From NCBI RefSeq assembly GCF_001194135.2, contig NC_068983.1, positions 70,809,458 to 70,873,457 on the forward strand: a stretch of 64,000 nt of DNA, given 5' to 3'. A program made the position numbers and the translations under genes. Shown in pieces: positions 53,916 to 64,000 of this stretch. The notes beneath the pieces were generated by a model, which was not told the DNA's origin, searched no databases, and saw nothing but the letters and a program-made list of their open reading frames with translations. Each line of letters opens with the position of its first letter. Position 1 is the first letter of the stretch. Source of the DNA: Octopus bimaculoides. Taxonomy: Eukaryota.

Positions 53916-54506
53916 ATACAGCACGTGGGGAAAGAAGAGTTTATTGTAGGATGTGTAAAAGGAGTGAAAATATTACATAANNNNNNNNNNNNNNNNNNNN
54001 NNNNNNNNNNNNNNNNNNNNNNNNNNNNNNNNNNNNNNNNNNNNNNNNNNNNNNNNNNNNNNNNNNNNNNNNNNNNNNNNNNNNNNNNNNNNNNNNNNNN
54101 NNNNNNNNNNNNNNNNNNNNNNNNNNNNNNNNNNNNNNNNNNNNNNNNNNNNNNNNNNNNNNNNNNNNNNNNNNNNNNNNNNNNNNNNNNNNNNNNNNNN
54201 NNNNNNNNNNNNNNNNNNNNNNNNNNNNNNNNNNNNNNNNNNNNNNNNNNNNNNNNNNNNNNNNNNNNNNNNNNNNNNNNNNNNNNNNNNNNNNNNNNNN
54301 NNNNNNNNNNNNNNNNNNNNNNNNNNNNNNNNNNNNNNNNNNNNNNNNNNNNNNNNNNNNNNNNNNNNNNNNNNNNNNNNNNNNNNNNNNNNNNNNNNNN
54401 NNNNNNNNNNNNNNNNNNNNNNNNNNNNNNNNNNNNNNNNNNNNNNNNNNNNNNNNNNNNNNNNNNNNNNNNNNNNNNNNNNNNNNNNNNNNNNNNNNNN
54501 NNNNNN

Positions 54507-54538
<32 letters not shown>

Positions 54539-54949
54539 TTACCTATCTATTTATCTATCTATCTATCTACCAGTATATCTGTCTACCTGATCAACTAGCC
54601 TACTATCCAGTTATTTATCCAGATATTTAATTAGAAATCTACCTATATAGCAACTCATAGATAAGTAGATTGGTACTTTAGCAACTTAACCATTTTCTCC
54701 TTTACCCACTTTGTAACTTTCTCTACGTAAACTAATTTCTGTCTCATCTATTACACAGGTTTCTCGACTGTTCCCCCTTTTCTGCCTCCTTGTCTCTTGC
54801 TCATCTTTACGTATTCACATTCCATTCCACTAATTCATTCACAGCCTAAACTCGCATCCCACAACTCTTACTACTATGCCCATCCTCAATATATATATAT
54901 ATATATTAATGTATATGATTGATGTTTACATACGATATAGATGTTACTT

Positions 54950-55385
54950 TTTTTACTTGTTTCAGTCATTTGACTGTGACCATGCTGGAGTACCGCCTTT
55001 AGTCGAGCAAATCGACCCCAGGACTTATTCTTTATAAGCCTAGTACTTATTCTATCGGTCTCTTATGCCGAACTGCTAAGTTACGGGGACGTAAACACAC
55101 CAGCATCGGTTGTCAAGCGATGTTGGAGGGACAAACACAGACACACAAACATATACACACANNNNNNNNNNNNNNNNNNNNNNNNNNNNNNNNNNCACGC
55201 ATATATATATACATATATACGACGGGCTTCTTTCAGTTTTCCGCCTACCAAATCCACTCACAAGGCTTTGGTCGGCCCGAGACTATAGTAGAACACACTT
55301 GCCCAAGGTGCCTCGCAGTGGGAATGAACCCAGAACCATGTGCTTGGTAAGCAAGCTACTTACCACACAGCCACTCCTTCGCCTA
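54950..55385 (-). mobile_element. Full-length SINE family B (spans a short N gap)
   Basis: Reverse-complement homology to 53518-53915. Confidence 0.9.
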
Positions 55386-55404
55386 CGTTATGTATAATAT
55401 ATAA

Positions 55405-55727
55405 AAAAAACAAAAAGGGCAAAGATCCCTTTCGGTCATGAATGACTATAGGATTGCACCTAGAATGTTATCTTCCAAGACAGAAGTCAGGGCAAGGTTG
55501 TTTATGAAAGACCAGTAGTCGCCCATGCATACCAGCCTCCCCACTCCACGCCACTGATGTTATCCAAGAGAAAGGCAAAGGCCGATACAGCTTGGCACCA
55601 GTGACATCACAACTCATTTCTACAGCTAAGAGAGCAGGAGTAACGTGAAATAAACACACAACCCGGTCCGGGGAATCGAACTCACTACCTCATGTTTGTG
55701 AGCCCGACGCTCTAAAAACTGAGCCAT
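55405..55727 (-). mobile_element. tRNA-derived SINE family C
   Basis: Minus head ATGGCTCAGTTTTTAGAGCGTCGGGCTCAC...GAGTTCGATTCCCCGG; body distinct from families A and B. Confidence 0.8.
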
Positions 55728-55837
55728 ATACATAGATTCATACATATGTCCATCGGCCATCTTTCTTTCTTTCTCTCCATTGCAGCAGGAACAAGGAAGA
55801 CGTTTTCTTGTTTCTCTCCTGTCCTAGCTTGATTTAC

Positions 55838-56167
55838 GCGTTCGCCACCACAACCTCGTTTACGCTAAGCAGCCCTTCCTGTTTGTTTTCACTATCCTGT
55901 TTGTGTTATCTATTTTGACCCTCCGCAAAATCACAGATTTTATTTTATTTGCTTTGCTGGAGCAACTGTTTTATCGAAAGCGAATATTGTGGTTAAATGC
56001 TCGAAATACGGGACTAGAGAAACAGCCAACAACTTATGAAGGGTCGTTTTTATGTTGTTTGTTTTGTTTTCCATTTGTGTCTTTCGTTGTTCGAAAGAAT
56101 AGTTCATATTCCATGTACTCGTGGTTCGTACTTTTTTGTTGCATACGTCTCGTGACGTCCCGTGCCC
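55838..56167 (+). mobile_element. T-rich interspersed repeat with hammerhead core motifs, copy 2
   Basis: Colinear with 9632-9975; the core reads CTTATGA (G5 to T). Confidence 0.7.
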
Positions 56168-56225
56168 ACATATTCATATATACGAATAGATATGTAAGTA
56201 TGTGCATATTCGTATGTATATATGC

Positions 56226-56236
56226 ATATATATGTA

Positions 56237-56313
<77 letters not shown>

Positions 56314-56342
56314 TGTGTGTGTGTGTGTGTATGTGTGTGTGT
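56226..56342. repeat. (TG)n microsatellite
   Basis: Seen directly. Confidence 0.95.
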
Positions 56343-57289
56343 TTGTATACAGACACACGCAGATATGCATATATCCAAATATGTAAAATTTCCTGAGCAC
56401 AAAAGAATCAATGAACAAATGAACGTAACTCATATCTTGTGTATGAGTATATATATGGATGTAGATGGTTAATGTGTGTGTATATACATACGCAGGTTTT
56501 TGGTATATGCCTGTGGTGCATATATGTGCTGGTGCGCGTGTGTGTATGTGTGTATGTGTGCGCGCACAATTACCTAGATTTTTCTGTCTTAAAGTGAATA
56601 ACGAACTCTATTCATGTGTGTTTAAAATTTCAGAGAAGATTGTAAACAACACGAAATGTATTTTAGGTTTCTGATGCAAGCTCTGTTATTCATAAATTTT
56701 TTATTAATTATATAATCAAGCCATCAATAAACTATTTACAGACCAATCTAACGATTAGAGTTAACTTTTGGTTTGCATTTAATTAGGAGACTTGCTAAAA
56801 TTTAATTTCAGGGACAGAAGAATGAAGTCAACGATGCGTGAAACTTATTAGGAGAACCTTCCTTATTTTTTTATCTGTTCAATGAGAAACACATGCTGTG
56901 TTCACATCTGTTTATATTTACATTGAATTAAACAAATTCTTTAGCTTAAATACTTGAAATGTGTATTAGATTTTTAGTCAAGGTTCAAAACAGTATGTGT
57001 ACGCATGTGCGTGAGAGTGTATGTGCGTCTGTATGTGCATGTGCCTGTGAGAGAGATAGAGAGAGGTAGAGAGATAGAACGAGGTAGAGAGAGAGAGAGA
57101 GTGTGTGTGTGTGTGTCCTTCATCGATGAAATAGCTACATGTTTGTGTCCTTTATTGATCAAATAGCAACTATTGTGTCTCAGCATAAGCTTAGAGTTTG
57201 TCCTTAATAGATATACTTTTTCACCTCACTTACATTGCGACCTCCATTTTCTTAATCTGGTATTAGTTTTCGGACTGAGTTTATCTAGT

Positions 57290-57720
57290 TTATTTCTAAT
57301 CCAGGTTATTTCGTGAGCATGGTGAGCAACTGAACTGGAGTTTCTGCGATGAACACAGTTCGTCTGCCAATCGGAAGTGTGTTGGTAGCTTACTGCTTAT
57401 GTTAATGCTACATTGTCAATGTTTTTACTGGCGCTTACGAGAAATGTGGCGAAGAGCATTTGAGAGATATCTCTTTGATTGATTTTCTTCCTGACTGGAA
57501 ATTCTTACGGGTGCTGAAAACAAAGCTTTGTCGTGGTACATCCTGATTTCCGTCCTTGAGAATTTCGATGAATTGTGCTTCGAGTCTTTGCGCCTCAAGA
57601 GATATAAGCACTGCATTCATCCCAATTTCATCAAAGCCTTTCTCGCAATCTACGAAGGTAAGGTAAAGAGACAGCTAATGCTATTTCCCTCCTTCTAGAT
57701 GTTATAAAAGGAGTATATAA
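57290..57720 (-). mobile_element. RTE-clade LINE RT fragment
   Basis: LYLTFVDCEKGFDEIGMNAVLISLEAQRLEAQFIEILK and ...VFIAETPVQLLTML match RTE RT (FVDYEKAFD, IAE.P.QL..ML). Confidence 0.8.
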
Positions 57721-58839
57721 TCTATCGTACTGTAGTTAACTCATCATTGATGCTTGGTCTCCAATAGCACAAGTGCTGGATTAAGTAGCATTAATTCTAG
57801 CCCGTGAAAATCAAATGCCTATAAGGTAAGGTAAAAGAGATAAAGCCCCAAAGAGACACTGTATAACAACTAGAGAGAAATGAACACACGTAGATATCTT
57901 CACACGCAGATATGACCTCCACAGCAGAGTTGATCAATACTTCATTGGTCTTTTCAAGAACTAGAGGCGCTTGACGAACCAAACTTAAAATTAGATCAAC
58001 GAAGGTGCAGCCTATGATCAGTCATGGTCAAAGTGTTGAAAAAAATTAAAGGTACAAGAATATCCAAGAGGATCATTTAGGCTTTAATGATTTTTCCTAT
58101 TTCCTCATTTGTCCTTTATGCTTGTGAAGAATAGCATAACTACAGTTTTTAGACCATCATTGTTTCAAAACTTTTGTATCCAAAATTTACAGGATTGTGA
58201 TGGGTAGTCATTAATGTTTGTAATAATCAGAATGATGTATCATTATAATAGCATTTATGTAGGCACTATTTGCAAATGATTATAAGAATATTGTTATAAA
58301 TGACAAAATCATCGAGACAGTATTTAAAAATTGAATAATTTAATGTTAAATTCTTGTAGAAAATAACATTGTTTGTCTTGTAATATATCTCTATTTTCAT
58401 TTCTGCTTGTATTTTGCAATTACTAAATTTTCCGTTGTTATTTGCCTTTATGATTTGTTGGCGGGATGAGGGCAGAGGCAGAATATCTTGCTGAAACCTG
58501 CCGCATAGATACTATAGGGAGATCAAATTTATTAACGCGCAAACAAGTAATTTTCTCGCCAACAGCGAAATATTATAATTGCTTGCATAGCAGAAAATAA
58601 CGATGCACGCTCGTATGTACATATGTACACAATTGTATGTATGTATGTATGTATGTATGTATGTATGTATGTATGTATGGGTAGATAGATGGATGGATGG
58701 ATGGATGGATGGATACACGCATTCATAATACAGTTTTGTACTTATTTTACAAGATACATGAGAAAGATTCTGAAAGAATTGATACAGCTCGGGATACATT
58801 TTGCTAATAAAGAAAGACACACTGATTGTATACTCACTT

Positions 58840-59030
58840 AAGACGGCGTGTTGGCAGAATCGATAGTGCTTAGTGGCAATTGTTTCGGGTTTTTACATTC
58901 TGAGTTCAAATTCCGCCAAGTCGATTTTGCCGTTCATCCATGCAAAGTCGATAAAATAAGTACCATTTAGCACTGGGATTCATCTAATCTGTTTAATCCC
59001 TTGCTCTAAATTGCTTGCCATGTGCCAAGT
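58840..59030 (+). mobile_element. Diverged SINE family A
   Basis: AAGACGGCGTGTTGGCAGAATCG...TTCTGAGTTCAAATTCCGCC...GTCGATAAAATAAGTACC. Confidence 0.8.
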
Positions 59031-61356
59031 CAACTTATCTAATCAATGTTCTGGATTGTTGTTGGATCAGTCAATCATATCGTTTCCTCATCTATAACTT
59101 ACCCTAATTCGTTCTACGTTTGTCACAAACTGTTTTTTTTTCCTTCTTATCCTCGCTATTTGGAGTTTATTGAACGAACATTGTGTGTGTATATATGTCA
59201 TTATTATTGGAAGTGTCTTAGTGTGTTTATGTGTCGTGTATTTCCTGTGTGGATGTATTTTGCGTGTTTGCGTATGATTTCGTGTGTGCACCTGGCGAAA
59301 TAGTAGGTTGTTCTTTCAACCGCCATTCGTTGGGGATTTTGAAAGTTTTGCATTTTTGTGTTTTTTAAACTACATCATTTTCCCACTCTAAAATGGAAAT
59401 ATGAATACTTTAACAGCTGGAAAACAATCGGAGAAGGATGGCATGCTATGTGAATGATGCAAAATAAATATATATTTACTACTGGGTTAAATTGTAACTT
59501 CTCTACATTACTAGGTTTCTACTAAAGTTTACTAATTTGTTGGATTTTATCCCAACTTAACAATGATCTGCGGTATGGTGAAAAATATTCAACCTATGTA
59601 TTCAAACTGTATATTCTTTCTAATGCTGTCAACAGTTATATTATTTTAACAGCCCTTGTAAAATGTAAGATTGAAGCATGTGGGTTAAGGACAATTTGGC
59701 TGTTATTTACAGCCCATCGAACGATTAGTAGAATCTGTTCAATGATATATTTTTTATGTGTGTCTTTTTTTTTTCTTCTAATGGATTATCGAGAAAATTT
59801 GTTTATGAAAAATGAAAAAAGGTATTGCAAAGATCAGCTTAAAAGTGAACATGTATAGCTTGTGTAGATGTGTGTGAATATGTGTGTGTCAGGATTTCTT
59901 TGTGTATGTGTATATGTGTGTTTGAGTGCGTGGTAGTTTTCCGATTAAATTCGTCACTGTGTAGGAAGCGATATGCCATTATGTATATAATCGTCGCTTT
60001 ACATTTCTTTTGGTTATTGTTAGTCGATTGTCTGCCTTGAGTAGAGGTTTCAAAATTAATGAGAATTCCTCCAGCGATCTTATGTCTGTTTATATATTTA
60101 ATTTCTTAAACATGGTGTGTTATCGATTATGGCTTCCTTATAGCGAAGTGGGAATGTGTTGATGAAGGTGTTCGTGTATAAAGAACTTCTGAATTCAGGT
60201 AAATGGAAAAGTATCTACGGAAATTAATGTCAGTTCTATCAATATCTTTCTTATGGTATTGTATGAGATATCATGTTATTGTTAGATCATATTTTGTTAT
60301 ATCATTTTATTGAGCGAAAGAAATAACTAAAGCTTGATGCTTGGATAGTATATGACATACACATGCAAAATATCTGAGGCCTAACAAGGGTTATTGATGT
60401 AGCAGGCTGTCTCTGAAAATTATGGTGCTAAATTGGTTCCACACGTATTAGTGAAGTGATGATTGGTGTCGATTTTGTTTCAAAAATGTATGAATATTAA
60501 GAAATTTTAGATTTGCATTCATTTTACTCAATTAAGACTGTCCTGAATTATTTTAATGGCATTTAAAATATGTAAGGATATCTTTATTAAATCTTAATGG
60601 TTTTTTTACTGTTTGTATATCAAGTATAGTTTAAATGAAAACAATTTTTTTCGTAATTCCTTAACAATTTGTAAAATTATTTAACCACTAATCAAATCAG
60701 GCTTTAGAAGATTGTTTTCGCTGACGAGGTTTAATACCACCGAAATATTTATTTGACTACGACTTTCCCTACTGTCAAAGATCGAATTCTGTTTTCTGTA
60801 CAATTAATTTTTCTCTTTTTTTTTTAAATACGTTTTCCTATGCTTTGATAGTCGCTAATAATTCCGCCGATTTTGGAATTTCTTCTCCAAATAAAAGGCA
60901 AATTTCATTTCCTTGAATATGTTTTGCACCCTATGTCACCACCTCCTGAAATACATAAAATTAGCATTATTCATCTCTCAAATTATTTTTGCATCAACTT
61001 TAATCGGTTTTGTTATTTTGGATCTTCATTTAAAATTCAAGATTGTATTTAACTATGAAATCGAACTTGAATTTTGAAGTAGACTGAATTTTAATGAAAT
61101 ATATTTCTTGATTTTTTTTCCCTTTTATTATTATCCGTTCTTTTCTATTAGCATACAAAAAGATATAAATGGAGCTTATGATGGGCAGTAATTTATTACA
61201 AATTCCTAATTAGTTCAATCCAAATTGTTGATTTATTTCCTAAAATCAAACAACCTTAAATCACATTACAATTGTTTTATGTACTTAGGTACTATGCGCA
61301 TATATTTGAGCATATATTTATTGTCTTATTAAAAAGTCTGTTTGATAATATAATAT

Positions 61357-61670
61357 ACAGGTGTGGTTGTGTGGTAAAGTGGTTGCTTCCCAACCATGTG
61401 ATGTTTGTTTGAGTCGTACTGTGTGAGAGTTTAGGCAAACGTCTTCCAATATAACCACTAGGAGATTAAAATCTTGTGACAGGATTTCCAAGACGAAAAC
61501 TGAGAGAAGACTGTTGTGTATATGTATATATAGACATGTGTGTCTTTTAGTTTTTTCGTCTCAACTACCACCTGATAACCGGTGTCGGTTTCTATATTTG
61601 ACAGAAAGAAACCGATAATATAAGGACCAGACATAAAATGATAAGTACAGTGGGCGGATTTCTTCGAACA
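61357..61670 (+). mobile_element. Highly diverged SINE family B
   Basis: GTGTGGTTGTGTGGTAAAGTGGTTGCTTCCCAACCATG head and GAAAACTGAGAGAAG core. Confidence 0.7.
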
Positions 61671-61679
61671 AACATGAAT

Positions 61680-61990
61680 ATGGTTTTTCAAACCTGGAAT
61701 ATGTAAAAGATAAAAACTACCCACTCTGCCTATGTTCAGCGAATACCACAAATGAAGCACGGATAAACATGGAAAATACTTTCATGCAAAAGTACAAACC
61801 AAGACTTAACAAACTTTAAAAGAGAACATACACAAATAACTATTCACACACAAAATTCATTCTGCCACTTATCATGAAGAAGTTACACAGCTAACAACCC
61901 AAATGTTAACCATTAGACTACATACGAACGACTCCTGTCCACTGTCCCACCAGACAGATTAAATTTCTGTTGCCTGATCAGCTAAGACAG
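61680..61990 (+). mobile_element. Penelope-like element 3' end (GIY-YIG C-terminus and terminal region)
   Basis: TNEARINMENTFMQKYKPRLNKL* matches the R...E...I....P.LN end of PLE GIY-YIG domains. Confidence 0.6.
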
Positions 61991-62103
61991 CTGTATGTAT
62001 ATATATCCTGTATACAAACATACATACAAACATACATACATACATACATACATACATACATACATGCATACATAAACACACACACACTCACACACACACA
62101 CAA

Positions 62104-62144
<41 letters not shown>

Positions 62145-62150
62145 ATATAT

Positions 62151-62430
62151 AGGAGAAGCACTCCGTCGGTTACGACGACGAGGGTCTCAGCTGATACGAT
62201 CGTGAAATTAGCGTGCAAATGACTGAACAATTCACAGACACGTGTACCCCTAACGTAGTTCTTAGAGAGACTCAGCGTGACACATAGCGTGACAAGGCCG
62301 GCCCTTTGAAATACTGAGTGGACTGGAGCAACGTGAAATAAAGTATCTTGCTCAAGGACACAACGCGTCGCCGGGAATCGAACTCACTATCGTGAGCCGA
62401 ATGCCCTAACCACTAAGCCATGCGCCTTCA
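62151..62430 (-). mobile_element. tRNA-derived SINE (family C-related head, different body)
   Basis: Minus head GCGCATGGCTTAGTGGTTAGGGCATTCGGCTCACGATAGTGAGTTCGATTCCCGGCG. Confidence 0.8.
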
Positions 62431-62599
62431 CATATAATATATATACATAAGAATATACATATATATNNNNNNNNNNNNNNNNNNNNNNNNNNNNNNNNNN
62501 NNNNNNNNNNNNNNNNNNNNNNNNNNNNNNNNNNNNNNNNNNNNNNNNNTATATATATATATATGCATATCACTATTATTGTTTCATATTCGCTCAACA

Positions 62600-63590
62600 G
62601 ACTAGACAGTTGGAAAAGAAAAAAATACTAGCATCAGGCTACAACAAGTAACCTTAGATGCCAAGAAGCCGCCTAAGCATCCTGGTTGTCTCAAAGAACA
62701 CTGTTCCCTGGAGCTATACTAAACTGGGTTTTATGTCTATTTCCGCTATCCATCTGTTCAAATCTTTAGGGGTAGTTCCTAATGCACCTATAAATACGAG
62801 GTTATATTTTACCCGTACTTTCCATAGTCTCTTTAACCCAATGGCTAGGTCTTGGTACTTTTCTATTTTCTGTATACTTCTCATTTTGATTTTCTCATTA
62901 TTTCAGACTGTAAAGTCAATTATTTGACGCTTTCTACTCTCTTTATGTACCATTAATAAATCAGGCCTTCTAGCTTCTATTACTCTTTCTGTCTGAATAT
63001 TAAAGTCCCACAACACCTTATATTTCTTATTTTCTAGTACTTTACTAGGTTCATGTTCATATCATTTATCAATATAGTCAAATTCTTTCTGTGCCAACAT
63101 GCTATATTCACTTATTGTATGAGTAGCACATTCCTCTTTTGATTTACATAACCTATATTGGGAATCTACTTGCTTTTTGTTTACCTTATTTTTTATCTAA
63201 TTAGTCCTTAATGCTTGATCCTGTGCTGCTACTAACAAGCTTATAGTCTCCCTTTTCAGTCTTTCCTTCTGCAACCATACTCATGTCTCATTACTATTTC
63301 CGGCAACTATCTTTGGAAACTTCCCATACAAAGCCTTCTCTTGCCAGTCAGATATTTTTTCTGGCTTTTAACTTCCATCTGTCTTTTTGGTTTCCTTATG
63401 TCCGTTGTGACTCTAGCAGCTATTAGTAAACTGTCTTCACTATTACCTATATACGAGGCTATATCCACTCTAGCTAAACATGAACACCATGTATGTGGCT
63501 TTTCAACCCTTCCGGTGACTTACACTCTTTTGCTCAGATCTGACAACGATGTGTGTCCCTTGCAGTAGATATGGCTAGACCTGATTACCC
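62600..63590 (-). mobile_element. Degenerate R4/Dong-type LINE 3' part (RLE)
   Basis: LKRETISLLVAAQDQALRT, YRLCKSKEECATHTISE (decayed CCHC), YKVLWDFNIQTERVIEARRPD, KIEKYQDLA and FIGALGTTPK. Confidence 0.9.
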
Positions 63591-63689
63591 ACGCCAGATC
63601 CTTGTCTATGAATGCCTATCTAGATCAACCATACAGATCTATATGTGGGCTCCTAACTCCAAGATTCCGAGTTCGATTCCAGGCAGTGA

Positions 63690-63693
<4 letters not shown>

Positions 63694-63746
<53 letters not shown>
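63694..63746. repeat. (AAT)n microsatellite
   Basis: Seen directly; it follows a short B-box-containing (GTTCGATTCC) segment. Confidence 0.95.
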
Positions 63747-63749
<3 letters not shown>

Positions 63750-63750
63750 C

Positions 63751-64000
63751 AATATCAAGCATCCAGTGATGAGGGAAAGGATCAGAAGAGAATGTTATCG
63801 CAGGGTGAGAGCAATACTGAAGACAGAGCTGAACGCAAGAAACAGGATCGAAGCGATCAATGCTCTAGCCATACCAGTCGTGACTTACAGTTTCAATATC
63901 GTTAACTGGTCAATTACTGAAATATGTAATGTTGACAGAAAAATACGAAAACTGTTGACAATGCATAAAATGCACCACCCTAAGGCAGATATAGAACGTC
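63751..64000 (+). mobile_element. 5'-truncated R4/Dong LINE, post-RT region, running off the window
   Basis: Uninterrupted frame NIKHPVMRERIRRECYRRVRAILKTELNARNRIEAINALAIPVVTYSFNIVNW...DRKIRKLLTMHKMHHPKADIER. Confidence 0.9.

Larger units (their letters stand above)
13327..62549. other. Assembly gaps (N runs), listed individually in the evidence field
   Basis: 13327-13827, 14446-15106, 15941-16457, 19383-19696, 20635-20854, 22231-22378, 23495-24253, 33948-34557, 53981-54506, 55162-55195 and 62467-62549; 10-N gaps also near 7187 and 12521 (both before this span). Confidence 0.98.

Noticed and set aside
11495-58820. ORFs of YIYI, CVCV, THTH, SLSL, ERER, MYVC and poly-L/S type
   Set aside because: They are translations of di-, tri- and tetranucleotide microsatellites.
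60721-60745. CTGACGA-GGT-TTAAT-ACC(ACC)-GAAA hammerhead core
   Set aside because: The core and stem II are plausible, but no convincing stem I or stem III partners were found; at most a decayed relic.
55660-62430. tRNA gene calls from A/B-box segments (55660-55727, 62370-62430, also 63640-63690)
   Set aside because: No complete cloverleaf; they continue into SINE bodies or simple-repeat tails.
13097-62597. Long ORFs in the track made mostly of X residues (e.g. 13120-14043, 23463-24431, 33733-34638)
   Set aside because: They only span N gaps and flanking microsatellites.

Overview
AT-rich eukaryotic intergenic or intronic DNA, almost certainly from an octopus. This is inferred from the SINE families, the very high microsatellite density and the TE mix. 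It looks like a short-read assembly: most of the 13 N-gaps abut (TA)n or similar microsatellites. No host protein-coding gene could be identified with confidence; only a few unassigned candidate exons were seen. The window is mostly decayed mobile DNA: four Tc1/mariner families (D34D mariner, DD41D, Tc1, DD37D maT), the 5' end of a Ty3/gypsy LTR element, R4/Dong, RTE and L1/Tx1 LINE relics, Penelope-like fragments and many tRNA-derived SINEs. Four observations stand out. (1) A two-copy repeat (9632-9975, 55838-56167) carries all hammerhead ribozyme core strands with conserved stems, but in a strand order that matches none of types I-III. (2) A canonical type I hammerhead lies at 24826-24913. 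(3) A Tc1 element is split by a tandem pair of RT-less L1/Tx1 derivatives, one ORF1-only and one an in-frame fusion of ORF1 to the ORF2 C-terminus. (4) A near-perfect 229-bp palindrome lies at 22406-22634. All alignments were done by eye; no searches were run.
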